Positions 19,013 to 25,746 of a stretch of 37,870 bases of DNA are shown here, one piece after another. Numbering within the stretch: position 1 is the stretch's first letter; every line of letters begins with the position of its first letter. The stretch comes from a virus (Duplodnaviria > Caudoviricetes), in the IMG/VR virus record IMGVR_UViG_3300023107_000007, positions 1-37,870 of that record, one strand, 5' to 3'. A program made the position numbers and the translations under genes. The notes under the pieces were generated by a model that saw only the letters and a program-made list of their open reading frames with translations, searched no databases and had not been told where the DNA came from.

Positions 19013-19077
19013 ACCCCGACGAATACGAAGTACCCGAAGATCCGATGGACGACCTGCAATGCGAGGCATGCCAGTGA
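19009..19077 (+). CDS. 22-aa acidic peptide ending CEACQ
   Basis: GTGA overlap with the holin stop; MNPDEYEVPEDPMDDLQCEACQ. Confidence 0.6.
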   Translation: MNPDEYEVPEDPMDDLQCEACQ

Positions 19078-19154
19078 CCTGCGCATGCCGACACCGCTGC
19101 ACATGCCCTGACTGCCCCTGTGACGGCAACTGCGACCACTGCACACACGACTGA
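19074..19154 (+). CDS. 26-aa Cys/His-rich metallothionein-like peptide
   Basis: GAGG RBS and GTGA overlap; MTCACRHRCTCPDCPCDGNCDHCTHD (8 Cys, 3 His). Confidence 0.55.
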   Translation: MTCACRHRCTCPDCPCDGNCDHCTHD

Positions 19155-19157
19155 AAC

Positions 19158-19202
19158 GAACGCCCCCACTGCTCTCTCACGAGTCGGTGGGGGCGTTCTT
19201 TC
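19158..19202 (+). terminator. End-of-late-operon intrinsic terminator
   Basis: GAACGCCCCCACTG/CGGTGGGGGCGTTC stem followed by a T-run. Confidence 0.8.
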
Positions 19203-19449
19203 GCGTCGTTGCCCGCACCCACTCACCCCACGTCACATACGCAGCAGTTCGCATGTCAGGAAAATACCCAATCAACGCACGATCCTCAGACCTGGGCTGA
19301 TACGTCACAGCGCGGATCATCTTCACATCGTGCGGTTTCGTCTTCACCTCAAGCAACACAGCAATCTTCCGACCACGATCAACCATGAACCACTCACCAG
19401 GACGAATCGACCGCTCAACCGCATGCATCGGTGTCCAATTGTGGGCGAT
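19177..19449 (-). CDS. Hypothetical protein, start uncertain (ATC at 19449 or ATG at 19428)
   Basis: AGGAG 7 nt upstream of an ATC codon; protein-like sequence GEWFMVD...LIGYFPDMRTAA. Confidence 0.6.
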   Translation of the reverse strand: MAHNWTPMHAVERSIRPGEWFMVDRGRKIAVLLEVKTKPHDVKMIRAVTYQPRSEDRALIGYFPDMRTAAYVTWGEWVRATTRKNAPTDS

Positions 19450-19706
19450 GGCTGGGCTCCTAACTACTGGGAGCAGACCGGCCTTCTGCAAAGTCGATGG
19501 TACGACCAAGCAACGACGTTCAATAAATCAGGCCCAGACTTTACACATCCCCGCAACGTTCAAGAAAACTTGCAACAACCAGTGAGGGTTGATCAGGGGC
19601 GGAACAAGTTTGAGGGGTTGAGTCAGAGGTGGGGGAGTGGTCGACCCGTAAGCTTGCAAATAGCACCAGCAAGAGCGGATGTGCCCACCTCTGTGTACAC
19701 CAGCCC

Positions 19707-19736
19707 TTGTCCCGGTGCCGCCGATGCCAGTAAATT
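19707..19736 (+). promoter_or_regulatory. SigA-like promoter directed at the tRNA half
   Basis: TTGTCC-18 bp-TAAATT, ending 10 nt before tRNA position 1. Confidence 0.6.
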
Positions 19737-19746
19737 ACAGGCATCT

Positions 19747-19797
19747 GCCTCTGTAGCTCAATGGAAGAGCAGTTCCGTCCTAAGGAAAGACAGAGGC
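19747..19797 (+). pseudogene. 5' portion of tRNA-Arg(CCT), probable attP core; T-arm absent
   Basis: GCCTCTG-TA-GCTC AATGGAA GAGC-A-GTTCC GT CCT AA GGAAA-GA-CAGAGGC: acceptor, D and anticodon arms are present. Confidence 0.85.
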
Positions 19798-19875
19798 TTT
19801 TCTTGTCCCCAATTGTGGTCAATAATTGCCTGTAGATCGTTGATATTCCGGGCTTTTGGTGGGAACTGAAACGCA

Positions 19876-19902
19876 CACTGGCAAACATATGGTTTGCCAG
19901 TG
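19876..19902. repeat. Perfect 11-bp inverted repeat
   Basis: CACTGGCAAAC-5 nt-GTTTGCCAGTG. Confidence 0.8.
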
Positions 19903-19951
19903 GTTGTCACCACCTATGTCACCACCTATAGTGGAAGAAGACCTAAGCAAC

Positions 19952-19986
19952 AAAAAGAGGGCCACCGGCTGGAACCAGTGACCCTC
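19952..19986 (-). terminator. Minus-strand intrinsic terminator shielding attP
   Basis: Minus strand reads GAGGGTCACTGG-6 nt-CCGGTGGCCCTC-TTTTT. Confidence 0.7.
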
Positions 19987-20112
19987 GATCGAATACCTGA
20001 GAAAGCAGGCTCGACCCATGAATCATAAGCAGCCAGTACATAGAAGACCAATTCATATCGGCATCATCGGCGGGCAGTGGACCGCACACGACAGACAACC
20101 CGAGGAGCACCG

Positions 20113-21330
20113 ATGCCCCGCAAGCGCAGCACCGGTCAAGGTGGGCTCTACTTCGACGCGGCGCGCAAGCTGTGGATAGGTTCGTACGACAACGGGTTCA
20201 CCCCTGAGGGCAAGCGGAAACAACGCCGGGTCACCTCCAAGTCGCAATCTGTGGCACGCGCAAAGCTCGCGAAGCTCATCCACGAGATCGACACCTACGA
20301 CGCCCCACTCGGCAATCAGACGGTTGCTGAGTGGGGCGTTTCGTGGTTAGAGATGGTGAAGGCCAAGAAGCCGCAGACGTACCGCACCTATAACTCCATC
20401 TTGAAGACATGGGTTCTGCCCCAGATCGGACGGCGGAAAGTCAAAGACATCCGCCCCTCCGACCTGGCGAAGGTCTACGTGAACATCAAAGCTGCCGGAC
20501 GCGCGTCGTCTACTGCCCTCAAGGCGCACAACGTCATGTCGGCCATGTTCGAACAGGCACGACTTGAGCGGATAACCGACCGGAATGTGGCCGCCGACAT
20601 TCGCCCACCGAAAGCGGCGAAGACCACTCGTGACAGTCTCAGCCCCGCGGAAACGTTCAACGTCCTGGAAGTGGCGAAGCAGATACCGGACGGCTCCAAA
20701 TGGCTGGTGTCTCTCTACGCGGGCATCCGACAGGGGGAGCGGCTAGGCGCGACAATCGATTCCGTAGACCTCGAGCGGGGCACATTCACCGTCCGCTGGA
20801 ACCTGGTCGAAGGCAACTACGAACACGGGTGCGCTGGCGACTGCGGCAAGAAAGCAGCCGGACACTGCCCGCAGAAACGGCTAGTGATCCCCGACGTACC
20901 CGACTACCGGCTACTCAAAGGGCGGCTCATGCTGGTCCCGCCGAAGTCGGGCGAAGAACGCACCTTCCCCATCCCTGAAGGACTCCGGGCCATCCTTCAA
21001 AACCAGATCGACCGGGCCAACTCACAACCGAACCCGCACGGACTGTTGTGGCCGGCAGAAGACGGCTCACCCATCCTCCCCAGATCCGATCAGGAACAGT
21101 GGAGAGCGTTACTCAGAGCGGCCGGAATCGACAGACCTGGGGCGACCACCCACTGGGCTAGACATACCGCCATCTCCGACATGACAGCAGGTGGAACCGC
21201 TGACCGCGTGATTGGCGAAATGGTCGGACATAAGTCGCCCGGCGTGACCGGCAGATACCAGCACGTCTCGTCACAGGATGCATCCGAGGCAATGGACAAG
21301 CTCGAGAAGAGACGTCAGCTCGAAAGCTGA
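20113..21330 (+). CDS. int: Tyrosine integrase
   Basis: GAGGAG RBS; arm-binding N-terminus; catalytic GIRQGE, HWARH, VGH and RYQH. Confidence 0.95.
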   Translation: MPRKRSTGQGGLYFDAARKLWIGSYDNGFTPEGKRKQRRVTSKSQSVARAKLAKLIHEIDTYDAPLGNQTVAEWGVSWLEMVKAKKPQTYRTYNSILKTWVLPQIGRRKVKDIRPSDLAKVYVNIKAAGRASSTALKAHNVMSAMFEQARLERITDRNVAADIRPPKAAKTTRDSLSPAETFNVLEVAKQIPDGSKWLVSLYAGIRQGERLGATIDSVDLERGTFTVRWNLVEGNYEHGCAGDCGKKAAGHCPQKRLVIPDVPDYRLLKGRLMLVPPKSGEERTFPIPEGLRAILQNQIDRANSQPNPHGLLWPAEDGSPILPRSDQEQWRALLRAAGIDRPGATTHWARHTAISDMTAGGTADRVIGEMVGHKSPGVTGRYQHVSSQDASEAMDKLEKRRQLES

Positions 21331-21752
21331 CGGGCCAACGCACCAGACAAACCAGTGCGCCACGAACGCCCATAGGTGCGCCCGCCGAGACGCTGCAAAC
21401 ACTGCTCCTGGTACGCGGTCACAATGTCGACTGTCACCTGCAGCTCGTCAGCTATCGCGGCGGGGGAGGGATCGATAGATTCGGCCGCTGCGTAATCCTC
21501 CGGCGCAATGAGCATCTGTGCAGCATGACGCTCCGCTCTTCTCTCGTTCGCGCTGGTGCTGCACTCATCCCCCATGAGGCAGTGAGCGAGCTCGTGGGCC
21601 AGAACAGACCGAAGTTCGAACGGGGTGAGGCCAAAGCTGAGATGAATTGTGCGAGTCGAGTGGTCGTATGCCCCTAGGACTTCATCGTCATCAAGGTGCG
21701 AAATGTGCACTCGGACCCTGATACTTGCGGCGATCTTCATAAGTTCTTGCAT
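21315..21752 (-). CDS. ImmA/IrrE-family metallopeptidase (anti-repressor)
   Basis: RSVLAHELAH...ERRAERHAAQMLI; C-terminal IADELQVT HTH. Confidence 0.9.
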   Translation of the reverse strand: MQELMKIAASIRVRVHISHLDDDEVLGAYDHSTRTIHLSFGLTPFELRSVLAHELAHCLMGDECSTSANERRAERHAAQMLIAPEDYAAAESIDPSPAAIADELQVTVDIVTAYQEQCLQRLGGRTYGRSWRTGLSGALARQLSS

Positions 21753-21770
21753 GCCGCCGTTGTCCCCCGG

Positions 21771-22127
21771 TTAGTCAGCAGAAGGTGAGTCCTTCTTCTT
21801 GGTCGACCTCTTCGTCGCCATGTTCGCAGTCTCCACGTTGCCCCTGACACTGAAGTCGGGAACGTCCGGGGTCCAGCCTTCATCGCGCACTTCGCGCACG
21901 GCCTTTTCCAGCACCTCATCGATTTCTAGGCCCAGCGAATAACAGACTGCCTCGAGCTGGTCGACGTTCAAAGGCTTGGTGCCGCCCAGCACGGACGACA
22001 TATAGGACTGCGAAAGACCCGCTACGCGCGCGATCGATGCTTGCGTGAGGCGGTACTTGGCGATCCGCTCGCGAAGTATCTCTGCGATCTTCTCGTTGAG
22101 TGGGCTCGGCTGAAGCGTATCTGACAT
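21771..22127 (-). CDS. Immunity repressor (XRE HTH)
   Basis: LTQASIARVAGLSQSYMSSVLGG; divergent from cro; no RBS, probably leaderless. Confidence 0.85.
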   Translation of the reverse strand: MSDTLQPSPLNEKIAEILRERIAKYRLTQASIARVAGLSQSYMSSVLGGTKPLNVDQLEAVCYSLGLEIDEVLEKAVREVRDEGWTPDVPDFSVRGNVETANMATKRSTKKKDSPSAD

Positions 22128-22212
22128 GAGATAAATCATCGCACACGAGAAATTAGATTGCACTGGTGCTAGACAACGTATCTTGTGTGCGATACGGTAT
22201 TTCACATGAGCT
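22119..22212. promoter_or_regulatory. Divergent lysis/lysogeny promoters with four 14-bp operator-like sites
   Basis: TAGACA-17-TACGGT at 22170-22198; ATCKCAnnTGMGAT-like sites at 22119, 22138, 22180 and 22199. Confidence 0.7.
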
Positions 22213-22445
22213 ACCAAAGAAGAACCGAAGTCGCGGCCGGGGAAGTACGAGCCCACCTCGGTCGCACCCGTCAGACCGTCAAGGATCTGGCGGACGCAAC
22301 GGGCATCCCAATTTCTACACTCAACCGCCGACTTTTGGTTTTGAGTGCATTCACCATTGACGAGCTGGACGCGATCGCCCGTCACTTCGGAGTTGAGATA
22401 ACAGACCTCCTCCGTCCACCTGTCGCCATCGAGGTGGCATCGTGA
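22206..22445 (+). CDS. Cro-like HTH regulator
   Basis: TVKDLADATGIPISTLNRRL...FTIDELDAIARHFGV. Confidence 0.85.
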   Translation: MSYQRRTEVAAGEVRAHLGRTRQTVKDLADATGIPISTLNRRLLVLSAFTIDELDAIARHFGVEITDLLRPPVAIEVAS

Positions 22446-22666
22446 CCGGCCCCGTGATGCGAATTGAGTTCGCGCCGGCGCTGATGACACGAGAACTCGC
22501 CGCCTACTACATCTCCGGCTCACTGCGTGACCTGGACCGCCTTCGCGAGTCCAAGGAACTGACGCCGGTCGGTGAAGGCAGAAGAGTGATGTATCGGAAG
22601 TCCGAACTGGACACCTACATCGAGAAGATCAAAGAGCGCGATGCCTCGAGGGGGCAGGGCGCATGA
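22442..22666 (+). CDS. Excisionase-like HTH protein
   Basis: LMTRELAAYY...GRRVMYRKSELDTYI. Confidence 0.7.
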   Translation: MTGPVMRIEFAPALMTRELAAYYISGSLRDLDRLRESKELTPVGEGRRVMYRKSELDTYIEKIKERDASRGQGA

Positions 22667-23043
22667 CCGGCAAGCGGCGCAACTATCTCGCTTCGTATGA
22701 AGTTGATGAGTTCGGTTGCTGGAATTACACCGGAGCGCGCAACCCCAAGGGTTACGGCCGGATTCTGCAAGGGACCGCACACCGCTACTTCTACGAGAAG
22801 TTGGTTGGGGCGATCCCCGATGGCCTGCACATCGACCACCTCTGTATGAACACCTCTTGCGTCAACCCGGAACATCTCGAGCCGGTGACGAACGAAGAGA
22901 ATGCTCGCCGCCGTTCTCAGGCGACCACTCACTGTTCGCGTGGTCATGAGTTCACCCCGGAGAACACGTACCGGCGCGAGGGGCGTAACGCTCGCGAGTG
23001 TGTGACGTGTCGGCGTGAGCGCGGGATGAAGGTCGCAGCATGA
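22663..23043 (+). CDS. HNH endonuclease
   Basis: GCWNYTG...AHR...IDHLCMNTSCVNPEHLEPVTNEEN; C-terminal HCSRGH...CVTC. Confidence 0.9.
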   Translation: MTGKRRNYLASYEVDEFGCWNYTGARNPKGYGRILQGTAHRYFYEKLVGAIPDGLHIDHLCMNTSCVNPEHLEPVTNEENARRRSQATTHCSRGHEFTPENTYRREGRNARECVTCRRERGMKVAA

Positions 23044-23141
23044 TCCCCGCCCCGCCCGTCGGCATTCCTGCGGCCACGTCTCGCGTCTACCGCAACTTCA
23101 CCCCAAACCTCTGCGTGTTCACGATTGTGAGGAAGTCATGA
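23040..23141 (+). CDS. Small hypothetical protein (33 aa)
   Basis: ATGA overlaps at both ends. Confidence 0.45.
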   Translation: MIPAPPVGIPAATSRVYRNFTPNLCVFTIVRKS

Positions 23142-23284
23142 CTGCCACAACGTTCGCCATTTATGAGTTCAAGTCTGGCCGTGCGGTCGGGTCTGCGAGC
23201 ACTGAGGAAGCGGCCATGAAGGACTGCATTGCTCGGTATCTCGAGTCCGATAAACGGCACTCGTTCTTCTTCAAAAAGCTTTAG
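23138..23284 (+). CDS. Small hypothetical protein (48 aa)
   Basis: GAGGA RBS; MTATTFAIYEFKSG...FFFKKL*. Confidence 0.6.
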   Translation: MTATTFAIYEFKSGRAVGSASTEEAAMKDCIARYLESDKRHSFFFKKL

Positions 23285-23285
23285 C

Positions 23286-23680
23286 GGTTCGTAGTTCGCC
23301 CGAAGCCCTACGAGCTTTTCTCCGACCGGTAAACGGTCAGCTTTGCCCTGCCCTAAACGTGCGGCAAAGCACTACTGCTCCATCTTCTGACCCGTTGACT
23401 CGCGGCTCTAGGGAGGTGGTTATAACTCAACAGCGAACAGCAGAATCCGGTTCGAGTGCCTTGTGAGTTTGGGTGCTATCGCCGGGTCGAATCACAAATT
23501 GTTTTACCGAGTTAGAGCTACGTGACTATGCGCCGGACTGTCCGCTGCGTCATACACCCGCCCACTAAAGGCACACCGGTGCTGGGGTTGGAGGAACGGC
23601 TAACTCACTGTCCAGGGACCCCTCGGGGGCACACCGACGCTACAGAGTCGTCGGCTGGCACGCGTAACAGAAGCGCATAA
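23286..23680 (+). ncRNA. Candidate large structured RNA with a boxA-like element
   Basis: About 400 nt without a convincing ORF; many nested stems; GGTTATAACTCAACAGCG at 23418-23435. Confidence 0.55.
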
Positions 23681-23694
23681 CAAAGGAGAAGCAG

Positions 23695-23919
23695 ATGGAA
23701 GTACGTATCCGGTCGACGGCGATGACTCGGGCTGTGACGATCGCGGATATCCCGTTCAGGCCCGACGTGATTGACAAGGTGATCCCCTCGCTGCAGGCCT
23801 GGGGTGTTTTCAACGGTGAAGGAACCGAGTTCCCCACCGGGAGCATTGTGGGCCAGTTCGTCGTTGACGAGGACCGCGAGGTGGCTTACTTCGAGGTCAC
23901 TGTCGGCGTCGAGGACTAA
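23695..23919 (+). CDS. Hypothetical protein
   Basis: AAGGAG RBS, 74 aa. Confidence 0.75.
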   Translation: MEVRIRSTAMTRAVTIADIPFRPDVIDKVIPSLQAWGVFNGEGTEFPTGSIVGQFVVDEDREVAYFEVTVGVED

Positions 23920-24012
23920 CTCACTGGGGCCTGTCGCTTTCATCGGCGGCGGGTCTACTCACGGGCCTGGTGTTTGCCGGCTCGCACATGTGATCGATAG
24001 AAGGAGGAAGCA

Positions 24013-24219
24013 ATGCCGAAGTTTGAAGTGACTTTGATGTCGGTCGCTAGCACGGTGGTGTCGGTTGAGGCCGAGTCGCGGAATGACGCGATTGATCTTG
24101 CATTCGAGCAGGCACCAACGCCGGCGTGGGATTGGCCCGATATGGGCGATTGGGCATTGCCAAGTGAGATGTTCCCCGAGTCCAACACCGAGAAGGATGA
24201 CGTGACCGAGCTCGATTAG
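24013..24219 (+). CDS. Hypothetical acidic protein
   Basis: AAGGAGG RBS, 68 aa. Confidence 0.8.
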   Translation: MPKFEVTLMSVASTVVSVEAESRNDAIDLAFEQAPTPAWDWPDMGDWALPSEMFPESNTEKDDVTELD

Positions 24220-24233
24220 TACACCCGCACCAC

Positions 24234-24286
24234 TGCCCCGAGTCGTTTCCGGGATGGTCTGAGTTCGAGTCTCAGCGGGGCAGCCA
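24234..24286 (+). ncRNA. Minimal tRNA-like element (acceptor stem, T-arm, CCA; no D-arm)
   Basis: TGCCCCG/CGGGGCA 7-bp stem, CTGAG-TTCGAGT-CTCAG T-arm, G discriminator, CCA. Confidence 0.7.
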
Positions 24287-24348
24287 GTTTCCACTTCTCC
24301 GGCACACCCCGTTTGGTGTGCCCGCAACCCGACAGATAGGGGCTGATC

Positions 24349-24594
24349 ATGCATGTCGAAACGGTGTCTGGCCCTAACCCATGGGGGAGCACAAGAAACG
24401 TCCCAGGCGGTCATCAGTGCTGGTTTTGCAAGCCGGATGTGTACCCGCCGATGCCCGAGTGGCACACGTTGTGTGCTCGCTGCGGAGAACTGATCTTCGT
24501 TCCGGGTGTCGATCATCTGGTCGATCGAATGTTGGTCTGCGCTGCGTGCGACCGCCTTGTGGAGCTGGCTCTCGAGGAAGGGGAGGCCTCCTGA
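24349..24594 (+). CDS. Small zinc-binding protein
   Basis: CWFC, CARC and CAAC motifs. Confidence 0.65.
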   Translation: MHVETVSGPNPWGSTRNVPGGHQCWFCKPDVYPPMPEWHTLCARCGELIFVPGVDHLVDRMLVCAACDRLVELALEEGEAS

Positions 24595-25106
24595 TGGCGA
24601 AGCCGTACCGGTCTTGCAAGGAAGAGTTTGAGCGTCTTGGTGCGGTGGAGTTGCGCCGCGATAAGACGGGTTGCACGTTTCAGTTTCGTGATGGGCGTTG
24701 TCAGTTTGTGCATTTCAATGTGACGGCGCATGTGGCCCGGAATTTGATTGGTGATGTTCGGGAGCAGTACGGGCATTCACGTGGGATTGGGAAGTTCAAG
24801 GACCCGAAAGCGCCACGGATTGAGATTGCCCGGTTGCGTGCGTCGGAGCATGCGAAGGGTCGGCTCGCTTTGATGCAGAGACAGCAGCAGGTGTCATTCG
24901 ACGAACTCGTGCATGCACTCGTGACACCAGTTGAGGTGCGTTATTCGGGGCTGCATGAGTCGTGGATTTGGTGCGGTCACCGGGTGGCTGTGGCCGTCGC
25001 ATTGGATGCGGATGGCGCACCGGTGATCACGACTGTTCTTTGGGCTACCCGCGAGTTGTGGGATGTCGCACCCAGACCGGAGAAAGCACGGGTTGACGGT
25101 GGCTAA
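24594..25106 (+). CDS. Protein with C-terminal DUF4258/RelE-fold-like domain (possible RNase)
   Basis: SEHAKGRL...ELVHALVTP...RVAVAV...VITTVLW pattern; GGGGAGG RBS. Confidence 0.5.
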   Translation: MAKPYRSCKEEFERLGAVELRRDKTGCTFQFRDGRCQFVHFNVTAHVARNLIGDVREQYGHSRGIGKFKDPKAPRIEIARLRASEHAKGRLALMQRQQQVSFDELVHALVTPVEVRYSGLHESWIWCGHRVAVAVALDADGAPVITTVLWATRELWDVAPRPEKARVDGG

Positions 25107-25172
25107 GCAGCGTGAGGTTCAACGGCTCCGCAAACGAAACAGATAGATCCCCGCCAAACACAAGGAGTCCTG

Positions 25173-25352
25173 ATGTCTTCCCCGAACCCTGAATTGCGAT
25201 TCGTTATCACCCGCACTGCCGATCCCGCCCCGTGGCTCACATGGAACCGATACCCCAGCGGCATCATCGGTGCCGCGTTCAAGCTCGGACACCGACGCAT
25301 GTTGTCCGTGGTGTGGCGAAAGCCGAACGTCAACAAAGGAGATTGGTCATGA
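25173..25352 (+). CDS. Hypothetical protein (59 aa)
   Basis: AAGGAG RBS; ATGA overlap downstream. Confidence 0.65.
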   Translation: MSSPNPELRFVITRTADPAPWLTWNRYPSGIIGAAFKLGHRRMLSVVWRKPNVNKGDWS

Positions 25353-25660
25353 CCACGACTGCACCCCAGATTCTCCCCGACGACACAGCACGGACTAGGA
25401 GATCCGACCCACTCACCAGCCATGAAGCGGCCGACACGAACGATGTCCACGGTTCGCAAGTGTCCGTCCTCCTAATCCTGTCGATGTCGGGTCCTCTTGC
25501 GGATCACGAGTTGGTGGAACGCATCAAGGACTACTCACCATCACGGATCAGGACGGCACGGTCGGAACTGGTGGATATGGGGATGGTCGAGTTCACCGGC
25601 TTCTACCGACTGACTGCGGGCAACAGGCGGACACGGGTTTGGCAGGTGGTCAAGCCGTGA
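25349..25660 (+). CDS. Winged-HTH DNA-binding protein
   Basis: RTRRSDPLTSHEAA...SRIRTARSELVDMGMV...VW. Confidence 0.75.
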   Translation: MTTTAPQILPDDTARTRRSDPLTSHEAADTNDVHGSQVSVLLILSMSGPLADHELVERIKDYSPSRIRTARSELVDMGMVEFTGFYRLTAGNRRTRVWQVVKP

Positions 25661-25746
25661 TGCACATCGACCTCCTACCGCTCCTCATCGCCCTCCCCCT
25701 TATTGCGGGCATGTGGTTGCTGCACCGGAAAGAAGGACGGGAATGA
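25660..25746 (+). CDS. 28-aa single-TM peptide
   Basis: MHIDLLPLLIALPLIAGMWLLHRKEGRE; overlaps both neighbours. Confidence 0.5.
   Translation: MHIDLLPLLIALPLIAGMWLLHRKEGRE

Larger units (their letters stand above)
19620..19930. other. attP: attP region: tRNA-derived core with flanking arm-type repeats
   Basis: Non-coding, upstream of the integrase. Tandem TGTCACCACCTA at 19905-19928; related TGTGCCCACCTC/TGTGTACACCAG at 19680-19703. Confidence 0.8.

Noticed and set aside
19747-19797. Functional full-length tRNA-Arg gene
   Set aside because: No variable loop, T-arm or CCA; treated as an attP core or tRNA-like fragment
19120-19869. 249-aa plus-strand ORF across attP
   Set aside because: Crosses a terminator, an opposite-strand gene and the tRNA-derived core; composition is not protein-like
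21771-22523. 250-aa version of the repressor ORF
   Set aside because: The upstream extension overlaps cro and the operators; the HTH protein plausibly starts at 22127
23501-23522. GTTTTACCGAGTTAGAGCTAC resembles the type II CRISPR repeat start GTTTTAGAGCTA
   Set aside because: Single short imperfect match with no array, spacers or cas genes; no CRISPR array seen anywhere in the window
22663-23680. HNH plus nearby structured RNA as an IscB/OMEGA-like RNA-guided system
   Set aside because: The HNH is a 126-aa ordinary phage type with no RuvC or PLMP motifs, and two ORFs separate it from the RNA
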